From the sequence record DRR723986_4862: 64,000 bases of DNA; one strand, written 5' to 3'. The notes beneath the pieces are model-generated. The model saw only the letters and a list, made by a program, of their open reading frames with translations. It was not told the origin of the DNA and made no database searches. The stretch's first letter is position 1, and every line of letters begins with the position of its first letter. Position numbers and translations under genes: made by a program. Below, piece after piece: positions 39,613 through 48,444 of the stretch.

Positions 39613-40848
39613 ATGTCCCAACCCCGAAGGCTGTTTCGCTATGCCTTGCCCGGTTTACCCCTGTCCGCCCTTGGGCTGCCCTTTTATATTTACGTGCCGC
39701 TGTGGCTGGCTGAGCAGGGCAATTATGGTTATGCCTTAGTCGGAGCAGTTTTCTTTTTAGCGCGACTTGCCGATGTTGTCACAGATTTGCCCGTTGGCGC
39801 GTTGGTAGACCGGCTCGGTGCGCGAAGAATATTGTGGCTCGCTGGCTGGTTGCTGATGACACTGAGTGCGGCCTCGCTGTTATTCCTGCCTCACCCCTGG
39901 CCGACGGTTAGCCTGCTGTTGGCATTAGTAGTGTTGATGCTGGGGTGGACGCTGATTACGGTGCCCTGGCTTGCGCTACCAGTGACGCTTAGCCGGGATG
40001 ACGACCAGCGTTTAGCGTTTAATAGCGCGAGAGAGGCCATGTTGCTGTTTGGCACGCTACTGGCCATGTTGGCGCCCGCGGTGTTTGCACCGGAGTACCT
40101 GATTACGGTGGCGGCCTTCATGCTTCTCCTGCTTTTGGTGGCAGTTTTATATCAGGGCAGTCATCGCCCGCCGCCGGGCACCGAAGCGGCACCTTTTCGC
40201 CATCTTTTGGCCGAGCCGCGCGTGTCGGCATTGGCGGTACCCTGGTTTTTAAACATGTTGGCGAATGCGATTCCCGGTACCGTGCTGGTGCTGTTTATGC
40301 GCGAGGTGTTGGAGGCCGAGGCAATGATTCCGGCCGCGCTACTGAGCTATTTCCTCGCGGGTCTGCTTGCCGTGCCGCTGTGGTACGGTCTCGCGCGGCG
40401 GTGGGGTAGCTTGTTCTGTTGGCGCCTCGGGTTGGTGCTGTCGGCGGTTTTATTTAGCTTTGCCATACTGCTTGGGGCAGGCGATGCGTACTGGTTTATA
40501 GCGATTAGTGTGGGCACCGGTTTGATGCTCGGTGCGGATCAGGCAATTCCCTCAGCGATGCAGACAGGTCTGGCAAAGAAGCTGATGGCAGAAAAACCGA
40601 ATACCGCCATCGCTGCCAGTCTATTTGCACTGTGGAGCATGCTGGGTAAGGCGGCGATGGGCCTGGCTGTTGGTGTGGGCTATTTATGGCTGGGTAGCCA
40701 GCTTGAACCAGAATTAGCGTCGGTGCCGCCTGATTGGGCGATCACGGCGGCTTATGTTGCGGCGCCGGTGGTATTGAAGCTGGCAGTGTTTTTCTTACTC
40801 GGACGCAAACAGCTGCGTTACTTAAGCGAAGAGGTGCACGATGCGTAA
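39613..40848 (+). CDS. MFS (GPH-like) transporter
   Basis: About 12 TM segments; RLADVVTDLPVGALVD; typical neighbour of COG2907/DUF1365 clusters. Confidence 0.85.
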   Translation: MSQPRRLFRYALPGLPLSALGLPFYIYVPLWLAEQGNYGYALVGAVFFLARLADVVTDLPVGALVDRLGARRILWLAGWLLMTLSAASLLFLPHPWPTVSLLLALVVLMLGWTLITVPWLALPVTLSRDDDQRLAFNSAREAMLLFGTLLAMLAPAVFAPEYLITVAAFMLLLLLVAVLYQGSHRPPPGTEAAPFRHLLAEPRVSALAVPWFLNMLANAIPGTVLVLFMREVLEAEAMIPAALLSYFLAGLLAVPLWYGLARRWGSLFCWRLGLVLSAVLFSFAILLGAGDAYWFIAISVGTGLMLGADQAIPSAMQTGLAKKLMAEKPNTAIAASLFALWSMLGKAAMGLAVGVGYLWLGSQLEPELASVPPDWAITAAYVAAPVVLKLAVFFLLGRKQLRYLSEEVHDA

Positions 40849-41407
40849 ATTAGCAGGCGGTTGGCGATTTGTAGTGGTAATGACCCTGCTTGCCGGGGTG
40901 GCGGGGACTGCCCAGGCCATGAACTGGCAAACAGTGGCCGCTGACACCTATAAATTGCTCTGGAAGGAAATTACCTACACTGAGTTACAGGTGGACGGTG
41001 AGCAAGCGATGCCCGCGGAGGGAGACATTCTTACGCCCAGCTATGCCAAGCAAATCATTATTCGCTACGGCTTGTCGGTGTCTGCCGAGCGTTTTCGCAA
41101 ATTGACTGATGACAGCTTGGCGGACGGCTACAGCGAGGAGGAGTTAGCACCTCATCGTCGCGCCATTGATACCTTTAATAGTTGGTATCTCGGTGTTGAA
41201 AAGGGAGACAAGTACCGGCTCAGCTGGCAGCCCGGTGTTGGCTTGAGTTTGCATCACAACGAGGCTCACCTTGGCACCCTGGCTGACGCACAGGCTGCGC
41301 AGGTGATCTTGAGCGTGTGGCTGGGACGAGCGGCGGTTAGTGAGGATCAGCGAGATTCCTTTCTGCGGCAATGGCGCAGTGCCACGAATCGCCTAGCCGA
41401 GAATTAG
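40841..41407 (+). CDS. chalcone isomerase-like secreted protein
   Basis: Signal peptide; VEKGDKY and ILSVWLG motifs typical of the Chalcone_3 fold. Confidence 0.7.
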   Translation: MRKLAGGWRFVVVMTLLAGVAGTAQAMNWQTVAADTYKLLWKEITYTELQVDGEQAMPAEGDILTPSYAKQIIIRYGLSVSAERFRKLTDDSLADGYSEEELAPHRRAIDTFNSWYLGVEKGDKYRLSWQPGVGLSLHHNEAHLGTLADAQAAQVILSVWLGRAAVSEDQRDSFLRQWRSATNRLAEN

Positions 41408-41516
41408 TTATATGGATATAACGCTTCGATCTATATAAAAAAATCCAGCTTTACGACACATTTTGCTAGCATTCGCGTCATTTTATGCCGCGCTACCGTT
41501 GCGGTGTTAGCAAAAG

Positions 41517-44012
41517 GTGATCTTTGTGGCTCGTCAAACGCCCTCTCTGCTTCCTAAGTTTTTATTCCTTGTCGCATTTGGTCTGAGCGAACAGGCCCAG
41601 GCCGTGACGCCCAGTCGGGGCTTGGACATTGAAGAAATTATCGTCACCGCCCAGAAGAAAGAGGAAGGGGCCAACAGTATCCCGCTGGCGATTGCCACCT
41701 ACACCGGCGAAGATTTGACTGCCCTCGGTGTGGCCGATACGCGCGACCTGGGTCGCTTGCTGCCAGGGTTTTCCTACGCGGATGGCGGGTTTAACGTTCC
41801 TATTTATACCCTGCGTGGGGTCGGCTTTAACGAAAACAGCCAGACTGCCAGCGCCACAGTGGGTGTGTACGTTGACGAGTTCAATCTGCCGTTCCCGGTT
41901 ATGAGCAAGGGCAGCAACCTCGATCTGGCGCGCGTTGAGGTATTGAAAGGCCCGCAGGGCACGCTCTACGGCCGCAATACCACTGGTGGCGCGATCAATT
42001 ATATTGCCAATAAGCCCAGTGAAGAATTCGAGTACGGCGGCGACCTCAGTTACAGCCGTTTCGATACGCTGGCTGCCGAGGGTTTTGTGTCGGGCCCGGT
42101 CACCGATACCGTGTTCGCGCGACTGGCTTATACCACCACGCAATCGGGAGAGGGTTGGCAGCGCAGCCGCACGCGCTATGCGGGCAGTGATGCCTACAAT
42201 GGCAAAACGGGGCGCGACCCCGGCAATGAATACGACCGCTTCGGCTACGACCGTTTGGGAGAGGTTGATCGCGATGCCGCGCGGTTGTCGCTGCGCTGGG
42301 AAGGCGGCGAGCAATGGAGCGTGAATACCCACCTGTCGGGCTGGCGCGATCGCTCAGAACCGCAAGCGCTTCAGGTCATTGCCATTGAGTCGCAAAACGC
42401 CATCCTCGGCGATTTTGGCCTGCACCCTGACGTGGCTAATTACCCCGTTAATGATCCGGACACTCACGATGCCCAGGCGGCCGACTGGCCGAACAATGGG
42501 CTGAACTTTCGCCTGAACGATAGCTTTGTCTCGGGTGGGCTGCGCCTGGATTATCAGTTGGACGAGCGCCACGATATGGTGCTGTTGCTATCGGCGGGTC
42601 GGTTCGAGTCTGACGGTAGCTTTATTCCCCAGTCGGGTCTGGATACCGTGAATACAGAACGAAATGTGTTCGCAACAAGCGACTTTTACAACGCGGAACT
42701 CCGTTTTTCCGGCGAATTGGGTGACGACCTGTTTTGGCAGTTAGGCGTGAACTACAGTGAGGACGAAGTCGATGAATTCCAGCGTCTTCACCACGAAAAC
42801 GTCAGTATCGTCTTCCCGGTTGGCCCGCTGGGCGGCCTTCTCGGTGACGGCTTTGCACTGCTGGACAATCGCTCCGGCTTTGGCGGGAATCAAACGGCAG
42901 AGGTGGCGGCGATTTTTGCCAACACCGAGTGGCAATTCGCTGAGGACTGGAAGCTGACTCTTGGCGCGCGCTATACCGACGAGCTGCGTGAGTTTAACGG
43001 TTGTTCCCGCGATGTTGATGTGGAGGACAACCCCGGTGCAGATCAGGAAGCACCGGGAGCCCAGAACAGAGGGATAGGCTTGGCCAATGCGATAACCCTG
43101 ATCAGCCTGGCGCAGGCGCCGATGGCCGGTTATGCACCGGGCAGAGCAGAGCGCGGTGGGTGTTTTACCCTCGACAGTGAAACACGTCGCCCCGGCCGGT
43201 TTTTTGGTGAGCTGCACGAGGACAACGTGTCCGGGCGTATCGCCGTGGACTGGGAGTTTGCGCCGGAGAAGCTGGTGTTTTTGGGCTTGAGTCGGGGTTA
43301 CAAGTCGGGAAGCTTCCCGCTGATCAATATTTCGGACTCAGTGCAGTATGCGCCCGCGACGCAGGAGCGCCTGGATGCTATAGAGCTGGGAACGAAGTTG
43401 CGCTTATTTGAGCGTATGCAATTGAATGCCTCGGTATTCGACTACCGCTACCGAGACAAGCAGCTGGTAACGAACTTTCGCGACCCGATTTTCGGGGCGT
43501 TGCCAGCGCTCCGCAATGCGCCCAAATCCTCCGTGCGCGGCGCTGAGCTGGACTTGAAAATGACACCCTTCGCGGGCCTGTTCCTCGCCCTTCAGGCCTC
43601 CTATCTGGACACTGAAGTAGAAGAGTTCATCAGTGGCGATCGCAACGGTGAAGAGTTTGACTTCAGCGGCAAGCCCTTTAATTACAGCCCGCAATGGGAA
43701 TACTCCGTTGTTGCTGAATACACCTTGCCGCTGTTCGACGACTATGAGCTCTCCGTAGGCGGCGACCTGAGCTATCGGGGTGAGACCAATGCCTCCTTGG
43801 AGAAAGACCCACGCTTTTTCATGGAAGACTATACGGTGATCAATGCGCGCTTAGGCTTTGCGCCGCTGGCGGGGCCTTGGAAGGTGCAACTGTGGGGGCG
43901 CAACATCACCGATGAGTACTACTACAATAACGTGACCAACCAGCTCGATACCATCGGTCGTTATACCGCTATGCCGGTGGTGTGGGGGGCAACAATTAGC
44001 TGGCGCCGCTAG
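41517..44012 (+). CDS. TonB-dependent receptor
   Basis: IEEIIVTAQK TonB box; RVEVLKGPQGTLYGRNTTGGAIN; GYKSG; GRNITDE. Confidence 0.93.
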   Translation: MIFVARQTPSLLPKFLFLVAFGLSEQAQAVTPSRGLDIEEIIVTAQKKEEGANSIPLAIATYTGEDLTALGVADTRDLGRLLPGFSYADGGFNVPIYTLRGVGFNENSQTASATVGVYVDEFNLPFPVMSKGSNLDLARVEVLKGPQGTLYGRNTTGGAINYIANKPSEEFEYGGDLSYSRFDTLAAEGFVSGPVTDTVFARLAYTTTQSGEGWQRSRTRYAGSDAYNGKTGRDPGNEYDRFGYDRLGEVDRDAARLSLRWEGGEQWSVNTHLSGWRDRSEPQALQVIAIESQNAILGDFGLHPDVANYPVNDPDTHDAQAADWPNNGLNFRLNDSFVSGGLRLDYQLDERHDMVLLLSAGRFESDGSFIPQSGLDTVNTERNVFATSDFYNAELRFSGELGDDLFWQLGVNYSEDEVDEFQRLHHENVSIVFPVGPLGGLLGDGFALLDNRSGFGGNQTAEVAAIFANTEWQFAEDWKLTLGARYTDELREFNGCSRDVDVEDNPGADQEAPGAQNRGIGLANAITLISLAQAPMAGYAPGRAERGGCFTLDSETRRPGRFFGELHEDNVSGRIAVDWEFAPEKLVFLGLSRGYKSGSFPLINISDSVQYAPATQERLDAIELGTKLRLFERMQLNASVFDYRYRDKQLVTNFRDPIFGALPALRNAPKSSVRGAELDLKMTPFAGLFLALQASYLDTEVEEFISGDRNGEEFDFSGKPFNYSPQWEYSVVAEYTLPLFDDYELSVGGDLSYRGETNASLEKDPRFFMEDYTVINARLGFAPLAGPWKVQLWGRNITDEYYYNNVTNQLDTIGRYTAMPVVWGATISWRR

Positions 44013-44064
44013 CGTCAATCGCTGGTAGAATTCGCCAACTGCGCTATATATCTAACAAGTTGCC

Positions 44065-44994
44065 GTGGCGGTACTTGCTGGTGAGGAACACGTTATTAGC
44101 CCTGAAGCCTTTCTACTGAACGTCCAGAGTAGTTTGAACTACCCGCTTATCACGCTGGGTGAGCGGCCCATTACGCTGGGGACGCTGCTCGCCGGGGCAG
44201 TGATTGTCGTTGCTGCGCTGGTGATTTCCAAAACACTGCGTCGAAGCCTTAGGGGTATTGCCTCGCGGCGCAGTGGCTTTAGTCCCAGCTCCCTCTACAC
44301 CATGGAGCGCCTCACCCACTATGTTGTGTTGGTGCTGGGCAGCTTTTTCGCACTCTCTGTTGTCGGTATCGACTTTTCTAAGCTGGCCCTGGTTGCCTCC
44401 GCGCTATCTGTGGGCATTGGCTTTGGGCTTCAGGCGATATTCAGTAATTTTGTTTCCGGTTTGATCATTTTGGTCGAGCGTTCACTAAAGGTCGGTGACT
44501 ACGTTCAGCTGGAGAGCGGTGTGATTGGCGTGGTCAGTGAAATCCGCGTTCGGGCAACCTTAATTACGACTCTCGAAAACGCAGAAGTGGTGGTGCCGAA
44601 CTCGGAGTTTGTGAACGGGAAGGTGACCAACTTTACATTGAGCAATAACTTCTGTCGCCTGCGTATTCCCTTTGGCGTCGCCTACGGAACCGATAAAGAA
44701 CGCCTGCGAGAGGTTGTGTTGGCGGCGGTAGCGGCGCAGCATCAAACCCTGTTGGATTCGCCGTCGCATCAACCCACCCTTCAAATGAAAGGTTTTGGCG
44801 ATTCAAGCTTGGACTTTGAGCTGTTAGTTTGGGTTAAGCCTGAATTTGCTGCGCAGCAAAGCTCAACGCGTTCTGCCTACCTATGGGCCTTGGATACGGC
44901 GCTGAATGAGGCGGGTATTACGGTGCCATTCCCGCAGCGAGACCTTCATCTAGTGTCGGGCCTGCACCCTCAGGTTGCAGAGGACAGCGGTTGA
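44065..44994 (+). CDS. mechanosensitive ion channel, MscS family
   Basis: GIGFGLQAIFSNFVSG, VPNS, GVAYG, PFPQR. Confidence 0.93.
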   Translation: MAVLAGEEHVISPEAFLLNVQSSLNYPLITLGERPITLGTLLAGAVIVVAALVISKTLRRSLRGIASRRSGFSPSSLYTMERLTHYVVLVLGSFFALSVVGIDFSKLALVASALSVGIGFGLQAIFSNFVSGLIILVERSLKVGDYVQLESGVIGVVSEIRVRATLITTLENAEVVVPNSEFVNGKVTNFTLSNNFCRLRIPFGVAYGTDKERLREVVLAAVAAQHQTLLDSPSHQPTLQMKGFGDSSLDFELLVWVKPEFAAQQSSTRSAYLWALDTALNEAGITVPFPQRDLHLVSGLHPQVAEDSG

Positions 44995-45109
44995 GAAATC
45001 GGAGTGCTGTGGGTAATTTCCCACTAAACGTCGCCGTTATTTGCGGAATTTGAGGGTAATTTCTTTGCATTGACTGAAAAAAATTAAAAAAAAGTAATTC
45101 ATGCCAATG

Positions 45110-45134
45110 GTATGCACATGAAGATTGTGCATAC
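45110..45134. promoter_or_regulatory. candidate operator upstream of the second TonB receptor
   Basis: GTATGCACA-N7-TGTGCATAC, perfect 9-bp inverted repeat. Confidence 0.55.
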
Positions 45135-45308
45135 TCATGCTGCGGGATGCTATAGAGGCTCTGTTCGCCCAGAGCGAACGCCTAAATGACACCCAAGTAA
45201 AAAGAAACAGGAAAACAGCATTCTTGCCGCCTTACCGATAACAACAATATCGCCGGGTTTTCGTGGAGCTCGGTAACAGCTTTAACTTCTTGAAAAACGA
45301 GGGTCACA

Positions 45309-47849
45309 ATGAAGAAACGGATCAGCGCCTTATTACCGTTAAGCTTGGTGGGTGGTCTCGCCCATGCAGCGCCGGTGCTAGAAGAGGTTGTCGTCACCGC
45401 TCAACTGCGCGAGCAGAGCCTGCAAGACGTGCCGGTATCGGTGAGCGCCATTGGTGGTGAGAAAATGATGGAGGCGGGCCTGGCGAAGATAGAAGACCTG
45501 CAGGCCTATGTTCCCAACTTCACCATGTCTGAGTCCGGCATCGGTACCGATATTTACATTCGCGGTATCGGCTCTGGTGAGAACCAGGGTTTTGAGCAGT
45601 CGGTAGGTATGTATGTCGATGGTATCTACTTTGGTCGCGCTCAGTTGGCGCGTGCGCCGTTTCTGGACTTATCCCGGGTGGAAGTGCTGCGCGGGCCGCA
45701 GAACATCCTGCTAGGTAAAAACAGCATCGCTGGTGCGATTAACATCAAAACAGCGGATCCCACCGAAGATTTTGAAGGTAACGTTCAGGTTACTTACGAG
45801 CCGGATCAGAACGAGCGCATTGTCGATTTGGTTGTCAGTGGCCCCATCAGTGACCGCTGGTCCTACCGTTTCGCCGCGCGTAAGCGCGAGCTCGATGGTT
45901 TTATGGAAAACCTCGTCCTGGATCGCGACGAAGCGCAGCGCGATGAAGAAACATTCCGCTTGAAGCTAGGCTGGGATGTCACCGATAACGTTACGGCGAT
46001 GTTTAAAGTTGAAGCAGGTAGCTTCGACGTGGTGGGCCGAAACTCTGAAATCATCACTAATTACGAGTCCAACTCCGATGTATTCCTGTTCCAAGGGCGT
46101 ACCTACGGCGAAATCATGGACCGCACTGTCTTTCCTGACCTGGGTGGACTGGGTGGTTTAGTTGGCCTTCTGCCGGCGCCAATTCTCAACCTTCTTCAAT
46201 TGCAGCCGAATGGCTCCTTGGTTGATATTGACTCAGATGACGGCGTACTGAACAACAAGGCCGATCGCAAGCGTCACAGCAATGGTGACTTTAGTTACAA
46301 CGATACCTACAACTTTACCGCTAACCTGGATTGGTATCGTGACGACCATCAGTTCACGTCCATTACCGGCATTATGGGTTATGAGTACGACGAAGACTGT
46401 GACTGTGACTTTACAGGTGCTCCGCTGTTCCAGGTAGAGTTCCAGGAAGAGTACAAGCAGTTCAGTCAGGAGTTCCGCTGGATCTCGCCTGCTGGCGAAA
46501 CCTTTGAATTTATTGGTGGTGCCTACTTCCAGTACAGCGAGCTGGACTTCTTCGACTCGCTCTACCTCCCCTCAGATATTATCCCGCAGCTTGTTAACGC
46601 GGCCGATTTGCTGGAAGGTGGTGCACGCGGTGACCTGGACCCACTAGCCGGTGCAACAGGCTTCGAGTTGTTGGGTGTGGGCGATGCCGGTAACGCACTG
46701 CGCGGTATTCGTACCCCACGTAACTTCTACAGCGAATCGAGCATCGCGTCGACCTTCCTGCAAACCACTTGGAATATGGCGGACACTTTCCGCATGACCT
46801 TGGGTGGCCGCCTAACCTGGGAGAATAAAGAAGCATCGCGTAATCTGAACTTTGCCTTAGACGATGGTTCTATCCAGCCTATTGGTGAGGTGGATACGGC
46901 TGCTGCGGTCAGCTTCGCTGCCGAGCGTCACGACCTCAAGGGCGAGCGCGAAGAGCTGCAATTCGCACCGTCGATCAACTTCCAGTGGGATGCCACCGAT
47001 GAGTTGATGGCGTACTTCACGGCAAGTAAGGGCTTCAAGTCCGGTGGCTTCGACGCTCGTTCGAATTCTTCACCCAGCGCTGATCCCACGCCGATCAATC
47101 CCAGCGCGCCAACAGGCACTAACCAGCAAGTGCTGATCGGTAGCTTCGAATTCGAAGAAGAGGAAGCATTGAGTTACGAACTGGGCTTTAAGTCGACACT
47201 GCTCGATGGCGCCGCAGAGCTGAACGTAGCGCTATTCCGCACCGAATTCGACAACCTGCAGGTCAGTGTCTTTGACGGCACCCTCGGCTTCAACGTGGGT
47301 AACGCGGCGAGCGCAATCTCTCAGGGTATTGAGCTAGACGGCCGGATGGCATTGACCGAGAACCTGATGCTTGCCGGTGGCTTGGCCTTCCTTGATTTCG
47401 AGTTCCAGGACCACAAGTTCGGTACTTGTGTTCAGGATCAAATTCCGGACAACCCCAATGGCATCAACTGTGACTACAGCGGCAAGACTAACCAGTATGT
47501 TGCCGACTACTCCGGTAACTTGCTGCTGTCGTACGAGCGCCCGCTGTGGGATTTCCTGATGTTCCGCGCCAACGTGGATGCGATTTTCACCGACGAGTAC
47601 CACCCTTCGCCCAATATGGATAACCGTATTAAGCAAGAAGCGTACATTACCTATAACGGCCGCTTGGCAATCTCCTCTATCGAAGGCGATTGGGAACTGG
47701 CCCTGTTGGGTAAAAACCTCAGTGATGAGCTGATCGTTGTTTACGGTGTTGATGCGCCCACCGCGAAAACCATCACCGGGGCGACCACGCACCACGGTTT
47801 GATCAACAACCCCCGCACTTTCGCCTTACAAGCCAGCTATCGCTGGTAG
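45309..47849 (+). CDS. TonB-dependent receptor
   Basis: Signal peptide; LEEVVVTAQ; VEVLRGPQ; GFKSGG; C-terminal YRW. Confidence 0.94.
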   Translation: MKKRISALLPLSLVGGLAHAAPVLEEVVVTAQLREQSLQDVPVSVSAIGGEKMMEAGLAKIEDLQAYVPNFTMSESGIGTDIYIRGIGSGENQGFEQSVGMYVDGIYFGRAQLARAPFLDLSRVEVLRGPQNILLGKNSIAGAINIKTADPTEDFEGNVQVTYEPDQNERIVDLVVSGPISDRWSYRFAARKRELDGFMENLVLDRDEAQRDEETFRLKLGWDVTDNVTAMFKVEAGSFDVVGRNSEIITNYESNSDVFLFQGRTYGEIMDRTVFPDLGGLGGLVGLLPAPILNLLQLQPNGSLVDIDSDDGVLNNKADRKRHSNGDFSYNDTYNFTANLDWYRDDHQFTSITGIMGYEYDEDCDCDFTGAPLFQVEFQEEYKQFSQEFRWISPAGETFEFIGGAYFQYSELDFFDSLYLPSDIIPQLVNAADLLEGGARGDLDPLAGATGFELLGVGDAGNALRGIRTPRNFYSESSIASTFLQTTWNMADTFRMTLGGRLTWENKEASRNLNFALDDGSIQPIGEVDTAAAVSFAAERHDLKGEREELQFAPSINFQWDATDELMAYFTASKGFKSGGFDARSNSSPSADPTPINPSAPTGTNQQVLIGSFEFEEEEALSYELGFKSTLLDGAAELNVALFRTEFDNLQVSVFDGTLGFNVGNAASAISQGIELDGRMALTENLMLAGGLAFLDFEFQDHKFGTCVQDQIPDNPNGINCDYSGKTNQYVADYSGNLLLSYERPLWDFLMFRANVDAIFTDEYHPSPNMDNRIKQEAYITYNGRLAISSIEGDWELALLGKNLSDELIVVYGVDAPTAKTITGATTHHGLINNPRTFALQASYRW

Positions 47850-48010
47850 GGGCGCTCTCTCTCGCGCAGTGGCTTGCCGCTGTGCGAGAGGCATGTAACA
47901 ATCCTACTCTCTGGACTGTGGTAACTGCGTATACCAATTATTTCCTGCTCGTCTAACGTATAACAAACGCCGAAAATCGGCGAATCCGAGCGAGAACAAG
48001 GTATACCGTT

Positions 48011-48145
48011 ATGACACCCGGACTATTTTTACTTGCGTTCGCAGTCGCGCTTGTTGCCTGGCACTCTTTGATGCCGGTGCGCAGCGTTAAAGCGGCGAGT
48101 GCGCAAGAAAACGGCGATGCAAAGGATATTGATACGCGTCAGTAA
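48011..48145 (+). CDS. small single-pass membrane protein (44 aa)
   Basis: MTPGLFLLAFAVALVAWHSLMPVRSVKAASAQENGDAKDIDTRQ; AAGG RBS; below the ORF-track cutoff. Confidence 0.55.
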   Translation: MTPGLFLLAFAVALVAWHSLMPVRSVKAASAQENGDAKDIDTRQ

Positions 48146-48250
48146 GCTGGAGCAAGGATGTGCCGTCGCAGTTTTGGGACGGGTGACATCACATGACGGG
48201 ACACTGCCGAAATGGGCGGCGGTGATCGAATACGATGACACCAAATTTAC

Positions 48251-48275
48251 GGGGCCTTTTTAGGCCCCTTTTTTT
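48251..48275 (+). terminator. Rho-independent terminator
   Basis: GGGGCC-loop-GGCCCC followed by T7. Confidence 0.85.
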
Positions 48276-48390
48276 ATCCGCATTTTTCTTCTTTCAGTCC
48301 TCTACGGCATCAATTTATTAATTTATGTATTAGTGAGTATCTGATAGCCTTTCGTCAAATTGCTGCTGAGGTGTGCAGATGTAGCTGCTA

Positions 48391-48406
48391 TGGCACACCT
48401 AATGCA
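48391..48406 (+). promoter_or_regulatory. sigma54 -24/-12 promoter (IHF-like site at 48308-48320)
   Basis: TGGCACACCTAATGCA (GG-N10-GC); upstream cATCAA-TTTA-TTA in an AT-rich tract. Confidence 0.72.
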
Positions 48407-48444
48407 TGAATGAGAATAACTATATTGGCCATAGGTAGTGAGTG

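Noticed and set aside
47893-47910. GacA box upstream of the candidate Csr-like RNA
   Set aside because: TGTAACAATCCTACT has the wrong spacing for TGTAAG-N6-CTTACA
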